DNA of 64,000 nt from NCBI RefSeq assembly GCF_009914755.1, contig NC_060927.1. One strand, written 5' to 3'. The notes under the pieces are model-generated. The model worked only from the letters and a program-made list of their open reading frames with translations, had not been told where the DNA came from and ran no database searches. The DNA is from the human T2T-CHM13v2.0 reference genome, Homo sapiens. A program made the position numbers and the translations under genes. Each line of letters starts with the position of its first letter. Positions within the stretch are counted from its first letter, which is position 1. Below, piece after piece: positions 29,925 through 44,870 of this stretch.

Positions 29925-30140
29925 ATTGGTATATTATTTCATCTAGAAAATATTTATTGAACACTTGCTATGGGATAATAGCAATAAGACTACTCTTAGA
30001 TTGGGATAATAGTAGCAAGGATAGGCTTTCATTAATAGGGACTATGCTTTTTCAGAAAAGAAAATAAGTAAACAATGGTGGTGAAATTTGATGAATGCCC
30101 TGATACTGAAAATCCATATGCTATAGGAACAAAGAGCAGA
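29925..30140 (-). mobile_element. L2 3' fragment
   Basis: AAATATTTATTGAACACTTGCTATG...TGCTATAGGAACAAAGAG. Confidence 0.55.
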
Positions 30141-32302
30141 ATCACCTCATTTCTCAACCTAATTACAGGGTCAATATAGTTCAAAGGGCTGGATCAGAGA
30201 TTATATAGCCAAGGGGTATTATAGAGGATGCTAACAAAATAGACATTGCCCAACCCAGCAGCCCACTTTAATCTATATTTAGTCTTAATTATCTTTCATC
30301 AAAATGAAATACTACATTTTACTCATCATAAAGGTGTTTCTTTGGACAACAGTGACTAATACTCAGGAATACTATATAATGACTTTTGTTAATCTCTGCT
30401 CATGTGTTTGAAATTAAACAGCAATAACAGTGGGGCATCGGGTAATTTTTTAAAGTTATGGTATAATAAAGCATAGGCAAGCATTTAAACTTGTGAGCTT
30501 TAACTAACATTCTAACTCCAAACATTTTTGAATTTATGTGTTGCCAGTACTAAAAGTATTAATACTTGATTCCTCTGAACTTTAGTCACTTCAGTGATCA
30601 TTTCTCCTTTCTTAGAAAAATACCCATAGAAGCATAATTAGAAGTTGGCAATTGATCCCTTGCTGTTCTCAATGAGAACATGGGTCAACAGTTCATTTCC
30701 TGTGAAGTATAACATTTTCTTTCAAGCAGTGGTCCGTAGCTGTTTCTGCTATTTCTTTAGCATCAGCATATTGTTTAACCTTGAGGTTAGCTGTTATGAG
30801 AGACTGCATCAATGTGTAAATGCTCTGTTTTGCAATGCAGAGGTGATATAAAAATATCTTTCTCTAAAGATTACATTAAGTTTCAGTAAAAATGATAATA
30901 CCGTTTTGTACCTCTCCTTTGAGCTCTGTGAAGGATCTTATTGGATTTTATAATTTATTGCTAAAATCAGGCAATCATGAATGCAGATGCTATGGTGTTT
31001 AATCAAAGAATCATAATACAATAAAAAAACTGACCAGCATGTATGGTTTTTTATGTCATGTGTAGATGGGGGTAAGAAGGAGTATCTCTGAAGTGTCTGG
31101 CACAAAGTAGAGATTGATAAATATTGAGAGAATATTTAGTTAAATGAAATGATTCACATAATTAATATCAGAGGCACTGTTCTTCATTCTGGAAAAGGGC
31201 ATTACATACTTTATAGAAGGTAAAAATCATGATTACATTACACAAGATGTAGGAACATGTACAATCTGAAAACCCAATCTGTCTCAAGGGAAATTTTCTG
31301 AACGTCTCACTAGGAATTCCTTATTTCTTCTGATGAAGAACAACAGAGATAAATATAAACGTAGCAGAAAAAATTCTAGCTGTAAAAAACCAACTCTCGA
31401 TAAATGACCCAAAGATGTTGTGGACACAGTTAAGGAAATCTAAGAGAAATAGGAGTTGCTATTAAGCAAGTGGCCTAGGTAAAATTCAAAAGTTGTATTT
31501 ATCAGACATGTGGAAACTTGGTATGGCATCTATGCTATCCAGGGTGCTGAGAGTTGTGAAAGAAAGTGCAGTTAGATGATGGGGACCTCTGGAATTAGGG
31601 AAAAAGTTATTGTAGAAGTCTTGGAAAAAAAGCTTACTTTTCTCTTTGACAATCTCTCCATCTTATTGGCTCTCTCTCTTTAAATCTGGCTTTCTTTGTA
31701 TGTCTGTTTTTTTTCTATCAACTTTCTTCTTCTTACACATTGTCTCATCCCTCTTTCAAACCTTTTTTTCAATCTGTTTTTCATTTTTTCTATTTCTCCA
31801 ACCAGAAGTTGGCTCAAAATGGACATTAGTTACATTTACTGAATAAAAATTCACATTAATGTCTCTAAATTCCAAAACCAAACAGTTGCATTTCTTTCAT
31901 TTAAAAACTCTCTTCCTAAAATTACATTTATTTTTGTTTGTGTTTGTGGTTTTCCAGTGATTTTCTTCTGAAAGTCAGCAGACCCTAAACACATACAACA
32001 GAGTTTTTTTATATTTTTCTCTCAGAAGCTAAGAGTAAGGCATAAAATCAAACCTTTTAGATAATCTTTGCATCTTGGCTTTAGAGGTTATTACTGTCGC
32101 TAGACACATAATCTCCCCTCCTTTCTTTAGGAAAAAATATATATATAGTCAAAGAAAAAAAAGTGAATTAAAAAGGTCTTGGTTTACCTCCTAGCTGACT
32201 CATTGGCTTACAGAGGTCTTTTCTACTTCAATTATTATCTACTTATATAGGTATGATTGGGAGGATACCCTGCGTGTACACAGGGAGATGGGCTGAAATG
32301 TG

Positions 32303-32725
32303 TATAGTAATTTGAATGGTGTGCCCCCAAATTATTGTCTACCCAGAACCCCAGAAACTGATCTTATTTGGAAATAGGGTCTTTGCAGATGTAATTTAAG
32401 CGGAAGTGAGGTTATACTGGATTGGGCAATACCAAAGTCCAAAGACTGGTGTCTTTATAAAAAGAAGAAGGAGCACACAGAATAGAAATCCATATAAAGA
32501 CAAAGGCAAAGAATGGAGTCGTGCATCTACAAGCCAAGGAATGGCAAGGATTGCCAGGAGTGAGGAAGAGGCAAGAAGGGATTCTTTCCTAGAGTTTTCT
32601 TGGGGAAAATAGGCCTGCTGACTATTGCTTTCTAGCCTTCAGAAGTGTAAGAAAATAAATTTCTGTTTTTTTTAAGCCATGAGGCTTGTGATATTTTGCT
32701 GTGACAGCCCTAGGAATCTAATTCA
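32303..32725 (+). mobile_element. MLT1B/C LTR
   Basis: CTTATTTGGAAATAGGGTCTTTGCAGATGTAATT...CTACAAGCCAAGGAA...AATAAATTTCTGTT...CAGCCCTAGGAA. Confidence 0.88.
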
Positions 32726-33017
32726 ATGTGTTCTGCAAGCTAATGTTATGCTTTGGAATCTATAGAAATTGCTCATTATAACCCTGCTGCCTAGAAAATA
32801 TAAATTTATGAGGTAGTTTTTTTTCACTTCTCAAGTTTACACAGATGAGTAAACTGAAATTTAATCAGTCAATAATATTTACTACATATTTCAGTGAGTT
32901 ATAAATATTCCTTTACACATTGTTGCTGCCAACTAAACTATGACTTCTCCATGAAATGAATTATATTACTCTATATACCCAGGGCCAATCAATATGTGTT
33001 TAAAGATAAGTAAGAGG

Positions 33018-33526
<509 letters not shown>

Positions 33527-33569
33527 CTAAAGACCAGCAGTGAGTAGAGACATGGAATTGTATTGACAA

Positions 33570-33780
33570 GAATAAATATTACTAACCACTCATCATGTGC
33601 AAGGTACTGTTAAGTATTCACCAGAAATAACTATGCTTAAACCTTGCAACAAACTTTTGAGGCAAGGGTAGATGCTGTTACTACTGTACTCACAGTGTGT
33701 CAGCGTGTGTCCAAAATCTCGATTGTAGAAAATGGCAAGATGATTTAAACCCAGGACAATGGTGACTCACAGCATTTTTT
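33570..33780 (-). mobile_element. MIR
   Basis: ACTCATCATGTGCAAGGTACTGTTAAG...TTAAACCTTGCAACAAAC...GATTTAAACCCAGG. Confidence 0.55.
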
Positions 33781-33801
33781 ATCCCTTCCATTAAGTCTCT
33801 G

Positions 33802-33975
<174 letters not shown>

Positions 33976-35599
33976 TTCTATTACATCTCTTGATGTACCC
34001 TTAAGAAGGACTCCGTATTTTATTTATATGTTCCTCTTACTGATCTCTTGCTTTTGGCCTCCTTTGGTGCTCCCATGCCTTATTCTAGGAAGCCTTTTTA
34101 ATTGTAAAATTTTTCTCCCAACTTTTCAATTCATTGGTTTCTCATTCTCACTGCCAGCAGGAGAGCTTTCCTCCTCATTGGCATCAAATGTGAACAGGGA
34201 TATGACTGTAGCCTAAGTCAGCCCATGTCTGCAGACACAGCATGTCATTTCCTTCCCAATTCTGATGCTTGCAACTGACAAGGACACCAATATTAAAACA
34301 GTAGCAGCAATACCAGCCACTCAACAACACCAAAAAATTATCATAATAATAGGAATCAATTTTTTCATTCTAACATTAGTTTTCTGTGAAGAAATCTTTT
34401 AACAAGTATAAACACTTCAGGGTTTTTTTTTTTCTCACACTTAACTCTTCTGAAGACTATAGACAATTTATCTACCTCAAAAAGCGTTAAATGATAAGTT
34501 CAGAAATGAAAGTTAATTTTAAATATGGTTAACAAAACACTATATATTTTTGATGATACTTAAATTGTATATTAACTACATCATCTTGGAAAATAATATG
34601 ACCACTCTATTCAGACTGAAACCATATTAGAATAAAAGATTCTTCAAGGTTAAAGCACCACAGTCCATGAACTAAAGAGTGTAATATAAAAATGTGCAGC
34701 ATTTCTTTCTAAAAAAATAGATTATACTCAACCTTATTTACTTGAGCAAATTGTTTTTAATCTATTATGTAGTGTTTTAAGCTCAAGTGGTATAATGAGA
34801 TACTGGCTGTAAGTCAAAGTAGTCACTACTATCTCTGAGTGTGTTTTTCAGCAACAACTTTAAATTTTCCAAGCGTAAGTGTAAAACCAATTTAAGTTTT
34901 GAAAATGACTGAACACTTTGGAAGCAGAGATGTTACTTTTCAGCACGATTGGATCCAAGTCAAACAGTTTCCAGGAAGTTTATGATGATCATCCTTTCTT
35001 TTAAGCAGCTCCTATGGTTAATCGGTATATCAACAGAGATTATATTTCTACTTAAAAATTTAGTTATGTAAACAGGCATAATGGACAGAGCTCAGACAAT
35101 CAAACTATCATATGAAAATTTTAAATAGAAGTAAATTAGAAGAAAAAGTTTATTGCTTATTTGCATTTTCAGAGGGCATATAGTATAGTTTTTGATGCAT
35201 CACTTATTATGAGGCTTAATAAATTAGCTTCAGTATAATTAACTCTTAAATCAAGAAAATGTACCCAGTTTTGCTGATGAGAAGTCTAAATAGTGCTGCG
35301 TTCTCAAGTATAAAACATATCCTTTCCTTAAAATTAACCAATACTCTACTTTTCTTCATTCTTAATTTCAGGAATGCCTATTTTTTTCAAAAATGATATC
35401 TTTCAATTAATTAAGGCTCTTGAAAAGTGTTGAGTATTAATGACAATATCTCTATGGAATAATATATTTTTATTGTTAAATATTTTTAGAGATAAAACTT
35501 TTTATTGATGAATCTTTAAGATTAGATATTTTGCGGGAACACTTTCAAAACAGTAGTATTTGTTGGTAAAATTAAAATGTGAGACATGGTTTGTCTTCT

Positions 35600-36440
35600 A
35601 GATACAAAATACTACTCAAAAAATAACTTAGACTACATTAAAATTAAAGACATTTGTTTATCAAAAGATGTCATTAATATATGAAAAATGAAGCCAAAGA
35701 GTGGGAAAAAATTGCATGTAATATGAATACACATCAAAGCACTTGTACTTGAGTGTAAGAAGGATTCTTCCAAGACAATAAGAGAAAGGATGACACAATA
35801 AGAATAAGAGACAGAAAATTTGAAAAGGCACTTCTTAAAAGACGACGTCTAAATGGGTAATAAACATAAGAAAATATAGTCATCAGCTATGAGGAAAATA
35901 AAAGTTAAAAGCACAATATCATACATAAACACCAGAAAGACAGACAATTTCAAATTCTGGTAAGTTGAGAGAACACATACAATGCCGGTGGGAACATAAA
36001 TTAGTACAAGATTGGAGAAGTGATTTTCAGTTTCTACTAAAGCATACCAAATGATTCAGCAATTCTACTCTTAAGTATATATGGGTAAAATAAATGTATT
36101 CATATATGCAAGAAAATTCAAGATTGTTCTTCATGATAGTCCAAAATTTCTGGCAACTCAAATGCCCTTCAAGAGTATAATAGGTAAACTGTGTTTCATT
36201 TCAATAATGAAATATTATATAGTCACAAGTATGAACAAAGCTATTGCTACACATAAAATATGGATGAACTTTACAAACAAATTATTGAGTGAAAGAATCC
36301 AGGCACAAAAATAACCTACTATATATATATGTGTACTAGTAATGTTCCATATTTTGATCTGATGCTGGTTACATGAGTGTGTTTGCATTGTTACAAATAA
36401 AGGAGCTTAGGATTTATATACTTATTTAATGTAAAAATAA
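35600..36440 (+). mobile_element. Old L1ME-type 3' fragment
   Basis: GACTACATTAAAATTAAAGAC, ATGATTCAGCAATTCTACTCTTAAGTATAT, TTGAGTGAAAGAATCCAGGCACAAAA. Confidence 0.75.
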
Positions 36441-39400
36441 AAGCAAATGGAAAGAAGGAAATATTTCCTGCAACAAAAATGAAGTAGCAATGGTTTTACA
36501 GGGAGAATAATAAGTGTAGTAAAAAAATTATTTTAGGGTAGATGTTAAGAAATATTGGCATTATTCACAATAATAAGGTCAATCCCACTCTTGGGATAAT
36601 GCATAACTTTATTTTTATGTATTATTTAGTGTGACGGGCAGTAAAGATGCAGAATATCTTCATGGAAGGTCATACCTCGGGAGCCAAGCATATCTAAGAA
36701 GGAATTCTAATTCTAAACTTACTATATTATTTTAAACAAAGAAACATTTAGACATTAATGAATTAAGAACAATAATATCTACCCTAAAGACTGTGGTGAG
36801 GGTGACAGATAATATAAGAAAAATCTGGCTTTCAATGCCTGTCACATAATATGTACTAAATGTATGACAGCTTAAATATAGATACCTTAGACATATCATC
36901 TTACATGTATTCAAATCAAAGTCCATGATCAAAAACAAAAATATACAGATGGATCTACAGAAGCAGGTAGTTTTTTAAAAAATAAAGAAATGATGGATGG
37001 TTTATCATTGAACTATAATATCAAATGAAAACTTTTTTTGTAGTTGTCAGAAAATTTTGGCTACCTAGGTATCAGTGAATTACGAGAAAAAGTCTTATAA
37101 ATAATAATATAATAAGTCATTTTGTTTATTTATCTAGTTTACCATGAATATAAACTATTTTTTATAGATTTCAAATCACTACAGAAAAACATATTACTAA
37201 AATAACTACTAAAATATCATTGAATCAATTTTATTGTGTCTTGCAATGTTGACCATTTCATATAAACACATTTTTCAAACCAAGCACTAAAAAGCTACTT
37301 ATTTTATTCACATTGAGGGAGAGGTAGTGATTTATTGTGGACACTTGCAATATGTTATGAATGAATTTCTGAAAATTCATGTGTAATGTAACCCCACGCA
37401 AAGCAAAGAAAAGTGGTTTTTTTTTTCTTTTTTTGTTTGCTTTTTATTTTGCCAGTGAGAAACCAGATTTAATGTTATCATTCATTCACATGGACAATGG
37501 TAAGAGGTTTTGGTTTCTCTGTTTCTTGTTGGTTAGCTGGTTACTATCAAATGCCCAAGGACAATTCTCAGTAGAGCCAAACCTTTTCACATGGGAGTAA
37601 CTAGTTTTCATTTAAAATAAAATTAGTGACATATGTAGATGTACATTAAAATATAACTATATGTAAACTAGTAAGAGATATTAAACTAGAAAATTGAAAA
37701 ACCAGCACCTAGAAAGAAAACATAGGTGGAAATTTTAAAATTGAGATAGCATTTTTTGTTAAATCGTTAGGATAACTACCACTATATATTCAGACCAACT
37801 AAGATCAGAAAGAAGAACATGTGAAATGCTGAGAGGAATCTCTCTTAACACTTAAATGAGTTTCAAGGAGAGAGAGAAAAAAATAAGCTAAGCTTCTAAA
37901 ATGAAATTACAAGACATGGGATTAGCAATTTATTAAAAATTATACCCTTGATTTTCCTCTGAGGAAAAAAAACCAGTAGTTTTATAAACAAGGGCATGAG
38001 ATAGATTTCAGATTGAGATTTATACTACCGTTCTGTTCTCACTGAAAAGTATTGATAGACAAAAATTAAATAAAATTTTAAGACTTTTCCATTTAATCTG
38101 GGCAAAAGTACAGTGTTTATTATCTGAAATAAAATTTATCAATTTATTTTTATTTATAATATAAAGTGTTTTCAAAAAATTTGCTCTTTTGAGTGTTCAA
38201 AATAATACAGGAATTGTTCTCTATGCCTAGGAATTATGGCAAAGCAAAGCAAAAGCTTAATTCTGCTGAACTAAAGAGCCAACTGATTTTTTAATGTATA
38301 AAAATACCTAATTTTTTCAAGTTTGTAATTTTTGTTACTTTGCAATGGTAGATTTACTTTTTCTAACTTTTTTTTAAAACTAGCCTTCTTTTATCAATGT
38401 AAAACTATTCAAAGAAGTACAACAGATTTTTTTTAACATCAGAAAAATGAATTCATATGATACACTCAAAACACTCAAAATTTACAATCCAGAAAGGAGT
38501 AGTCTCCCTGAAATAGAAAAAAAAGGTGTCTTTCTTTCTGTCATCTTCACTCCTTATATATAATATGTATTTTGTATTATTTACATAAAATATAATCACA
38601 GTCTGAGAGACTATTATTATTATCATTATTTTGCCTCCCAGAGATCATCAAGTAAATTTACTCAGTCTTCTTACTACATTTCTTTTTAACATTATGTGAA
38701 GCATCAGCTATAAGATTTGAGGCCAATGAACCACGGTCATTGAAAGGTAATTTTGTTTTGCTTTTCTTTTCCAATGAAAACTATTGTTGCCAGCCAAACA
38801 GTATCCATCTCAATGTACCCTCAAAAGAAACAAATGTCATCCTAGAAGTCTCTGTAATCATTATGGCTATCTTTGTGACCACAATAAAGATGTTATAAAG
38901 GAATATCAGATTATGCTTTGATATTGCCAGATGCTTGGTGTGCTGGGATATGAGGATAACTGACCCCAGCATGGTTATCTAGGAAGGGTAAGACATCTTC
39001 AACCATCCATTACCTTCTGTTTCCTTTTACGAACTACTCAAAATTCGTGATAATGGTAGGACCCGCACCTCATGCCCATCCAATAGCTATCATGAGAATC
39101 CAGCCTCATTTTTCATATTTTCTATTAGCACGTTTGACTTTAACTGCTATTTTCCAAATTCTAGTCACTTTCTTCATTCTCTCAGCTAGGAGTTCAACAG
39201 GTAGAAATGAATAACCTTGGGCAAAATAATATATGTCAGGTGGAAGATGGCAGTAATATATTAGTGTTGTTTGTAAGAAATCTCAATGGATGCTCTGTAA
39301 GCAGTACATAGACTAAAATTCCCCCACCAAAGCAGTAATCCAGCTTGAAATAGGATTCTTCCATGCCACTGCCCCTGCTGCTGTGCTGGCTTATGCTTTA

Positions 39401-39649
39401 GTGTCATCACTGACACTAGATAGTGGGCGATGTCAAAAAGAGCGACTGAGATATGTGGGAGAAGGCCAGAACTAGGTCATCCCACTGAGAACTCATGACG
39501 ATGACCGAGAATGCTGGTGTCCCAAGCAGTGGTGATAGGTTCTTCTCATGCACAGTAAAGCAAGTTTTTCAATAAGAAAATAAAATGAGTATGTTAGGAG
39601 GTGTCACTCGTGGTGGTAGGGAGGATATCTCATATTCCCATAGTCTAAA

Positions 39650-39917
39650 TTGACTTAAAAATTATGGAATACAATAAATTTTAAAAGTAAGTGGTTGTAA
39701 AATCTCAAAATTTTAAATACTAAGAAATTAAAAAGGAAAAATGAACCGTGAACCGTGTAGCAATTATGTCAACAATGACAGGTCTGCTTTCTTGGTGGAA
39801 AAGTGGCTATGGGCAATAGGTAAACACATGGATGTGCCTCTGTTTCAATAAAATTTTATATTCAAAAACAGGAGATGAAATATATGTGACCCATGGACCA
39901 TAGTTTACTGACTCCTG
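39650..39917 (+). mobile_element. MER58-type hAT DNA transposon fragment
   Basis: TGTTTCAATAAAATTTTATATTCAAAAACAGG...CCATGGACCATAGTTTACTGACTCCTG terminal. Confidence 0.65.
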
Positions 39918-40239
39918 CCTTACAGCATTATGGTCATACAGCTGAAGCTGAATAGCTGCCATTTTTGGGTACTGGTCAATTGGAAGGAAGGATAGAAAAT
40001 GAAAAAGAAGATATTGTCCACTATCTTAAGGATGATTACCAAAGGTAGCACATATTACTTCCACACATATTTCATTGGTAAGAATTTAGCCACATCTAGC
40101 TGTAATGAAAGCTAGGAAATGTAAGGTCTTGGGCAGATTTGTGCCTGCTACAATTCTATTAATGTTTAAAGAAAGAACAGAATGAATTTTGGTGGAACTA
40201 TAACAGCATTTTCCACTAGAGGAAAGCCTGATTTTCTAC

Positions 40240-40590
40240 ACTATGTCTAAGTTCCAGTATGATAGTTTTGTGCTTTACTTAATGTAATATTTTACAAAAC
40301 TTAACCTCTTAGTTCCTTGATATCCTCTTCCATAAATTAGGGATGATAATGGAACCTATCTCATAGATTTATGGCAAACAATAAATGTTAACACATTTAA
40401 GTGCTTCGAGTGCTTTAGGACAATACCTCAAAATTGCTTTGATCTCTTTAGAGGTAACATTAATTCCATTTAATAGATTAATAAATTGAGGCTCAAAGAT
40501 TTGATTGCCTTCATGAAGATAATATAGCTAAAAGGTGGAAAACCAGAAATTAAATCAGGCTTTATTAATTTCATGCTTTCACTATACCAC
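40240..40590. mobile_element. Two MIR fragments in opposite orientation
   Basis: ACTTAACCTCT...ATAAATTAGGGATGATAAT...ATCTCATAG; then ATAGATTAATAAATTGAGGCTCAAAGA. Confidence 0.6.
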
Positions 40591-40865
40591 ACACTGAGCA
40601 CTGCGCACAGAAAAGGATGTCAGTCAGACAAAAATGTGTGTGGAGATGCCAAATGGAATTCTTAACAGGCAGAAGATATTGCACTATATTTGCATGTTGA
40701 TTGGATTGATCAGATAGGAAGACAACTTTTTGTGATAGAAAGATAAGGAGAGGATAATTGCAGAGGCAAAATCTTGCATAGACAAGATGGGTTAGAGTTT
40801 AGTGCATAAGTAGAAGGCTTGACCATCGTTAGGAGAACAAATGTCCAAAGTAACAATCACATGGC

Positions 40866-41752
<887 letters not shown>

Positions 41753-42743
41753 CAGACAAATGGAAAAACATTCCATGCTCATGAATTGAAAGAATAAATA
41801 CCATTAAGATAGCCATAATACCCAAACAGAGAGAGAGTATTCATATTTGTATAGGAATAGAATTGAATCTGTAGACTGCAATTGGAAAGCAATCTATAAA
41901 TTTAATGTTATTCTTATCAAACTATGTACATCATATTTTCATAGAATTAGAAAACATTATTCTAAAATTTATATGGAACCAAAAAGCAAATAACCCCATT
42001 AAAAGGTGGGCAAAATATATGAACAGACACTTCTCAAGAGAAGACATACAGGCAGCAACCAAAAATGAGCCTGAATAGCCAAAGCAATCCCAGTCAAAAT
42101 GAACACAGCCAGAGACATCACATTCCCTGACTTCAAACTATACTGTAAAGCTACAGTAATCAAAATAGCATGATACTGGTACAAAAACACACACACGTAA
42201 CAATGTAGCAGAAATTAATCTTCACCCAAAGCCATCTCATCTTTGACAAAGTTGACAAAAAGAGGCAATAGGAAAAGGACTCCATATTCAATAAATGGTG
42301 CTGGGTTAGCTGGCTACTCATATGTAAAATAATGAAACTGAACACTTACTTTTCACCATATACAAAAATTAACTCAAGATTGATTAAAGATTTGAATGTA
42401 AGACCTTAAATTATATGCATCCCAGGAGAAAATCTAGGAAACTCCATTCTGGATATTGGCTTTGGAAATAAATTTATGGCTAAGTCCTCAAAAGCAATTG
42501 TAACAACAACAACAAAATGACGAGTGAGACCTAATTACACTAAAGACCTTCTGCACAATAAAAGAAACTAAACACATTAAACAGACAATCTACAGAATGA
42601 AAGAAAATATTTGCAAACTGTGTATCTGACAAAGGTCTGATATTCAGAATAGTTTAAGGAACTTAAACTATTCAACAGCAAGAAACAAATAACACCATTA
42701 AAAAGTGGGAAAAGACAGAACAGACCCTTCTCAAAAGAAGATG

Positions 42744-43030
42744 TGGGTGCAGTGGCTCACACTTGTAATCCCAGTACTTTGGGAGGTGAAGGCGGGGGAA
42801 TCACCTGAGGTCGGGACTTCAAAACCAGCCTTACTAACATGGAGAAACCCCATCTCTACTAAAAATACAAAATTAGCCAGGTGTGGTGGCGAATGCCTGT
42901 AATCCCGGCTACTTGGGAGGCTGAGGCAGGAGAATCACTTTAACCAGGGAGATGGAGGTTGCATTGAGCCAAGACTGCAACATTGCACTCCAGCCTGGGC
43001 AACAAGAGCAAAATTCTGTCTCAAAAATAA
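42744..43030 (+). mobile_element. AluSp inserted in L1
   Basis: GAGGTCGGGA...AACATGGAGAAACCCC, CAACAAGAGCAAAA. Confidence 0.95.
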
Positions 43031-43306
43031 AAAAAATACAAGCAGCCAAAAAACATATGAAAAAGTGCTGAACATCACTAATCATCAGAGAAATGTAAAT
43101 CACAACCACAATGAGATACCATTTCATACCAGTGAGAATAGCTAATATTGAAAAGTTAAAAAAAAACATGGTGGTGAGGCTGCAGAGAAAAATGGAATGC
43201 TTATAAGAATGTGAATTAATTCAATTCAGCCACTGTAAGAATGGGAATTAATTCAGCTGCTGTGAAAAGCAGTTTGGAGATTTCTCAGATAACTTAAAAT
43301 ATTAAA

Positions 43307-43463
43307 TGGGTGTGATGACATGTGCCTGTAGTCCTAGCTGCTTGGGAGGCTGAGGCAGGAGGATCACTTGAGTCCTAGATTTAAAGGCTGCAGTGAGCTA
43401 TGATTGCCCAACCTGGGCAACGGAGTAAGACCTCCATCTCTAATTTTTTTTTTTTTTTTTAAA
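43307..43463 (+). mobile_element. FRAM/AluJ monomer with T-tract in the tail
   Basis: GCCTGTAGTCCTAGCT...GGAGGATCACTTGAG...GGCTGCAGTGAGCTATGAT; TSD AACTTAAAA. Confidence 0.85.
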
Positions 43464-44775
43464 GAACTTAAAACAAAACTACCATTCAACCCTGCAATCC
43501 CATTACTGGGTATATATCCAAAAGGAAATCAATTGCTCTACCAAAAAGACACATGCACTCATATGTTTATCACAGCACTATCTACAATAGCAAAGGCATT
43601 GAATCAACTTAGGTGCCCATCAATAATGGATTGGATAAAGGAAATGTGGTACATATGCCCCATGGAACATGCAGCCATAAAAAAGAATGAAATTATGTTC
43701 TTTGTAGTAACATGAATGCAGCTGGAGGACATTATCCTTAGTGAATTAACACAGGAATAGAAAACCAAATACCTCATGTTCTCACTTATAAGAGGGATTT
43801 AAACATTGGATACTCAGGAACATAAACATGGCAACAATAGACACTGGGGACTAGTAAAGCAGGGAGGGAGTTGGGAGGCAACGGTTGAAAAACTCACTGT
43901 TGGGTACTAGCTCACTACCTGGATGAAGGGATCATTTGTACCCCAAACCTCAGTATCACACAATATCCCCAGGTAACAAACCTGCACATGCAGCCTTGAA
44001 TCCAAAATAAAAGCAGAAATTATTTTTAAAAAAACCAAGCACGTGGCTATAGATACAAGTGGGTTAATACAGTGTGATTTGTAGTGGAAGAAACATGAGA
44101 AAGCTTTCTTCTGATGGCTTTTGTTTTCTTAATGAACTACAAGACAGGGTGATCATGGAGGAAAAAGATGGAATGTTAGAAGTGTGACGGAAAGGCATAA
44201 AATAGTTTTCTTTAAGTGTGGGAACATTTTTAGAGAAGTGAAATGTAGATGGATTTCTAAGCACCTTTAAATGCAAGGTAAACGGTAACATTCTTTTAGA
44301 AGCATAGGATCAGTAAAGCTTTGTGTTTTTCCCACCCAAGTCAGATGTCAAAATACGGGCATGTAATAGACAGATAATTTGACTTAACCAGGCTTGTGGG
44401 TTAACCAGGTATATATACATAGGAGAGAGCAGCAAAGGGAGCTGAGAATACATCCAAGGGAATTAGTCGACTACAGGCTGGACTACAGAAACTAAGCTGG
44501 TTAGGAAGGGATTGAAAGATACAGAGGAGAGAGGAACAGCTACAGGCTTGTAGAATCCAAGGACATTTAATTTATGTAGTGATGAGGTCAAAGAATTGTG
44601 GTAGTTTGGGCAGAAGAGGGAGTATACTGTAATGGTTTTCAGAGGGTAGATTGTTGAGATGAAGATGATGAAAAAGGTGTACCACTGATATTCACAGTGT
44701 CTGTGGTTTCTCCATAGTACTGGAGACTAAAGAAGTGTGGCAAATGGGATCAGGTGGAAAGAGCATCAAGAAACC

Positions 44776-44870
44776 AGTTGCAGTGAGCTGAGATCGCGCC
44801 ATTGCATTCGCCTGGGTGACAGAGCAAGACTCCGTCTCAATTTTTAAAAAAAAAAGAAAAGAAAAGAAGA
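44776..44870 (+). mobile_element. Severely 5'-truncated Alu
   Basis: GTTGCAGTGAGCTGAGATCGCGCCATTGCA...CTCCGTCTC plus A tail; TSD approximately AAGAAACCA. Confidence 0.9.

Larger units (their letters stand above)
41753..44033 (+). mobile_element. L1PA15-17-type ORF2 3' part and 3'UTR
   Basis: CAAATGGAAAAACATTCCATGCTCATG...; 3'UTR GGCAACAATAGACACTGGGGACT...ACCCCAAACCTCAG...AAAATAAAAG; A-rich tail. Confidence 0.93.
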
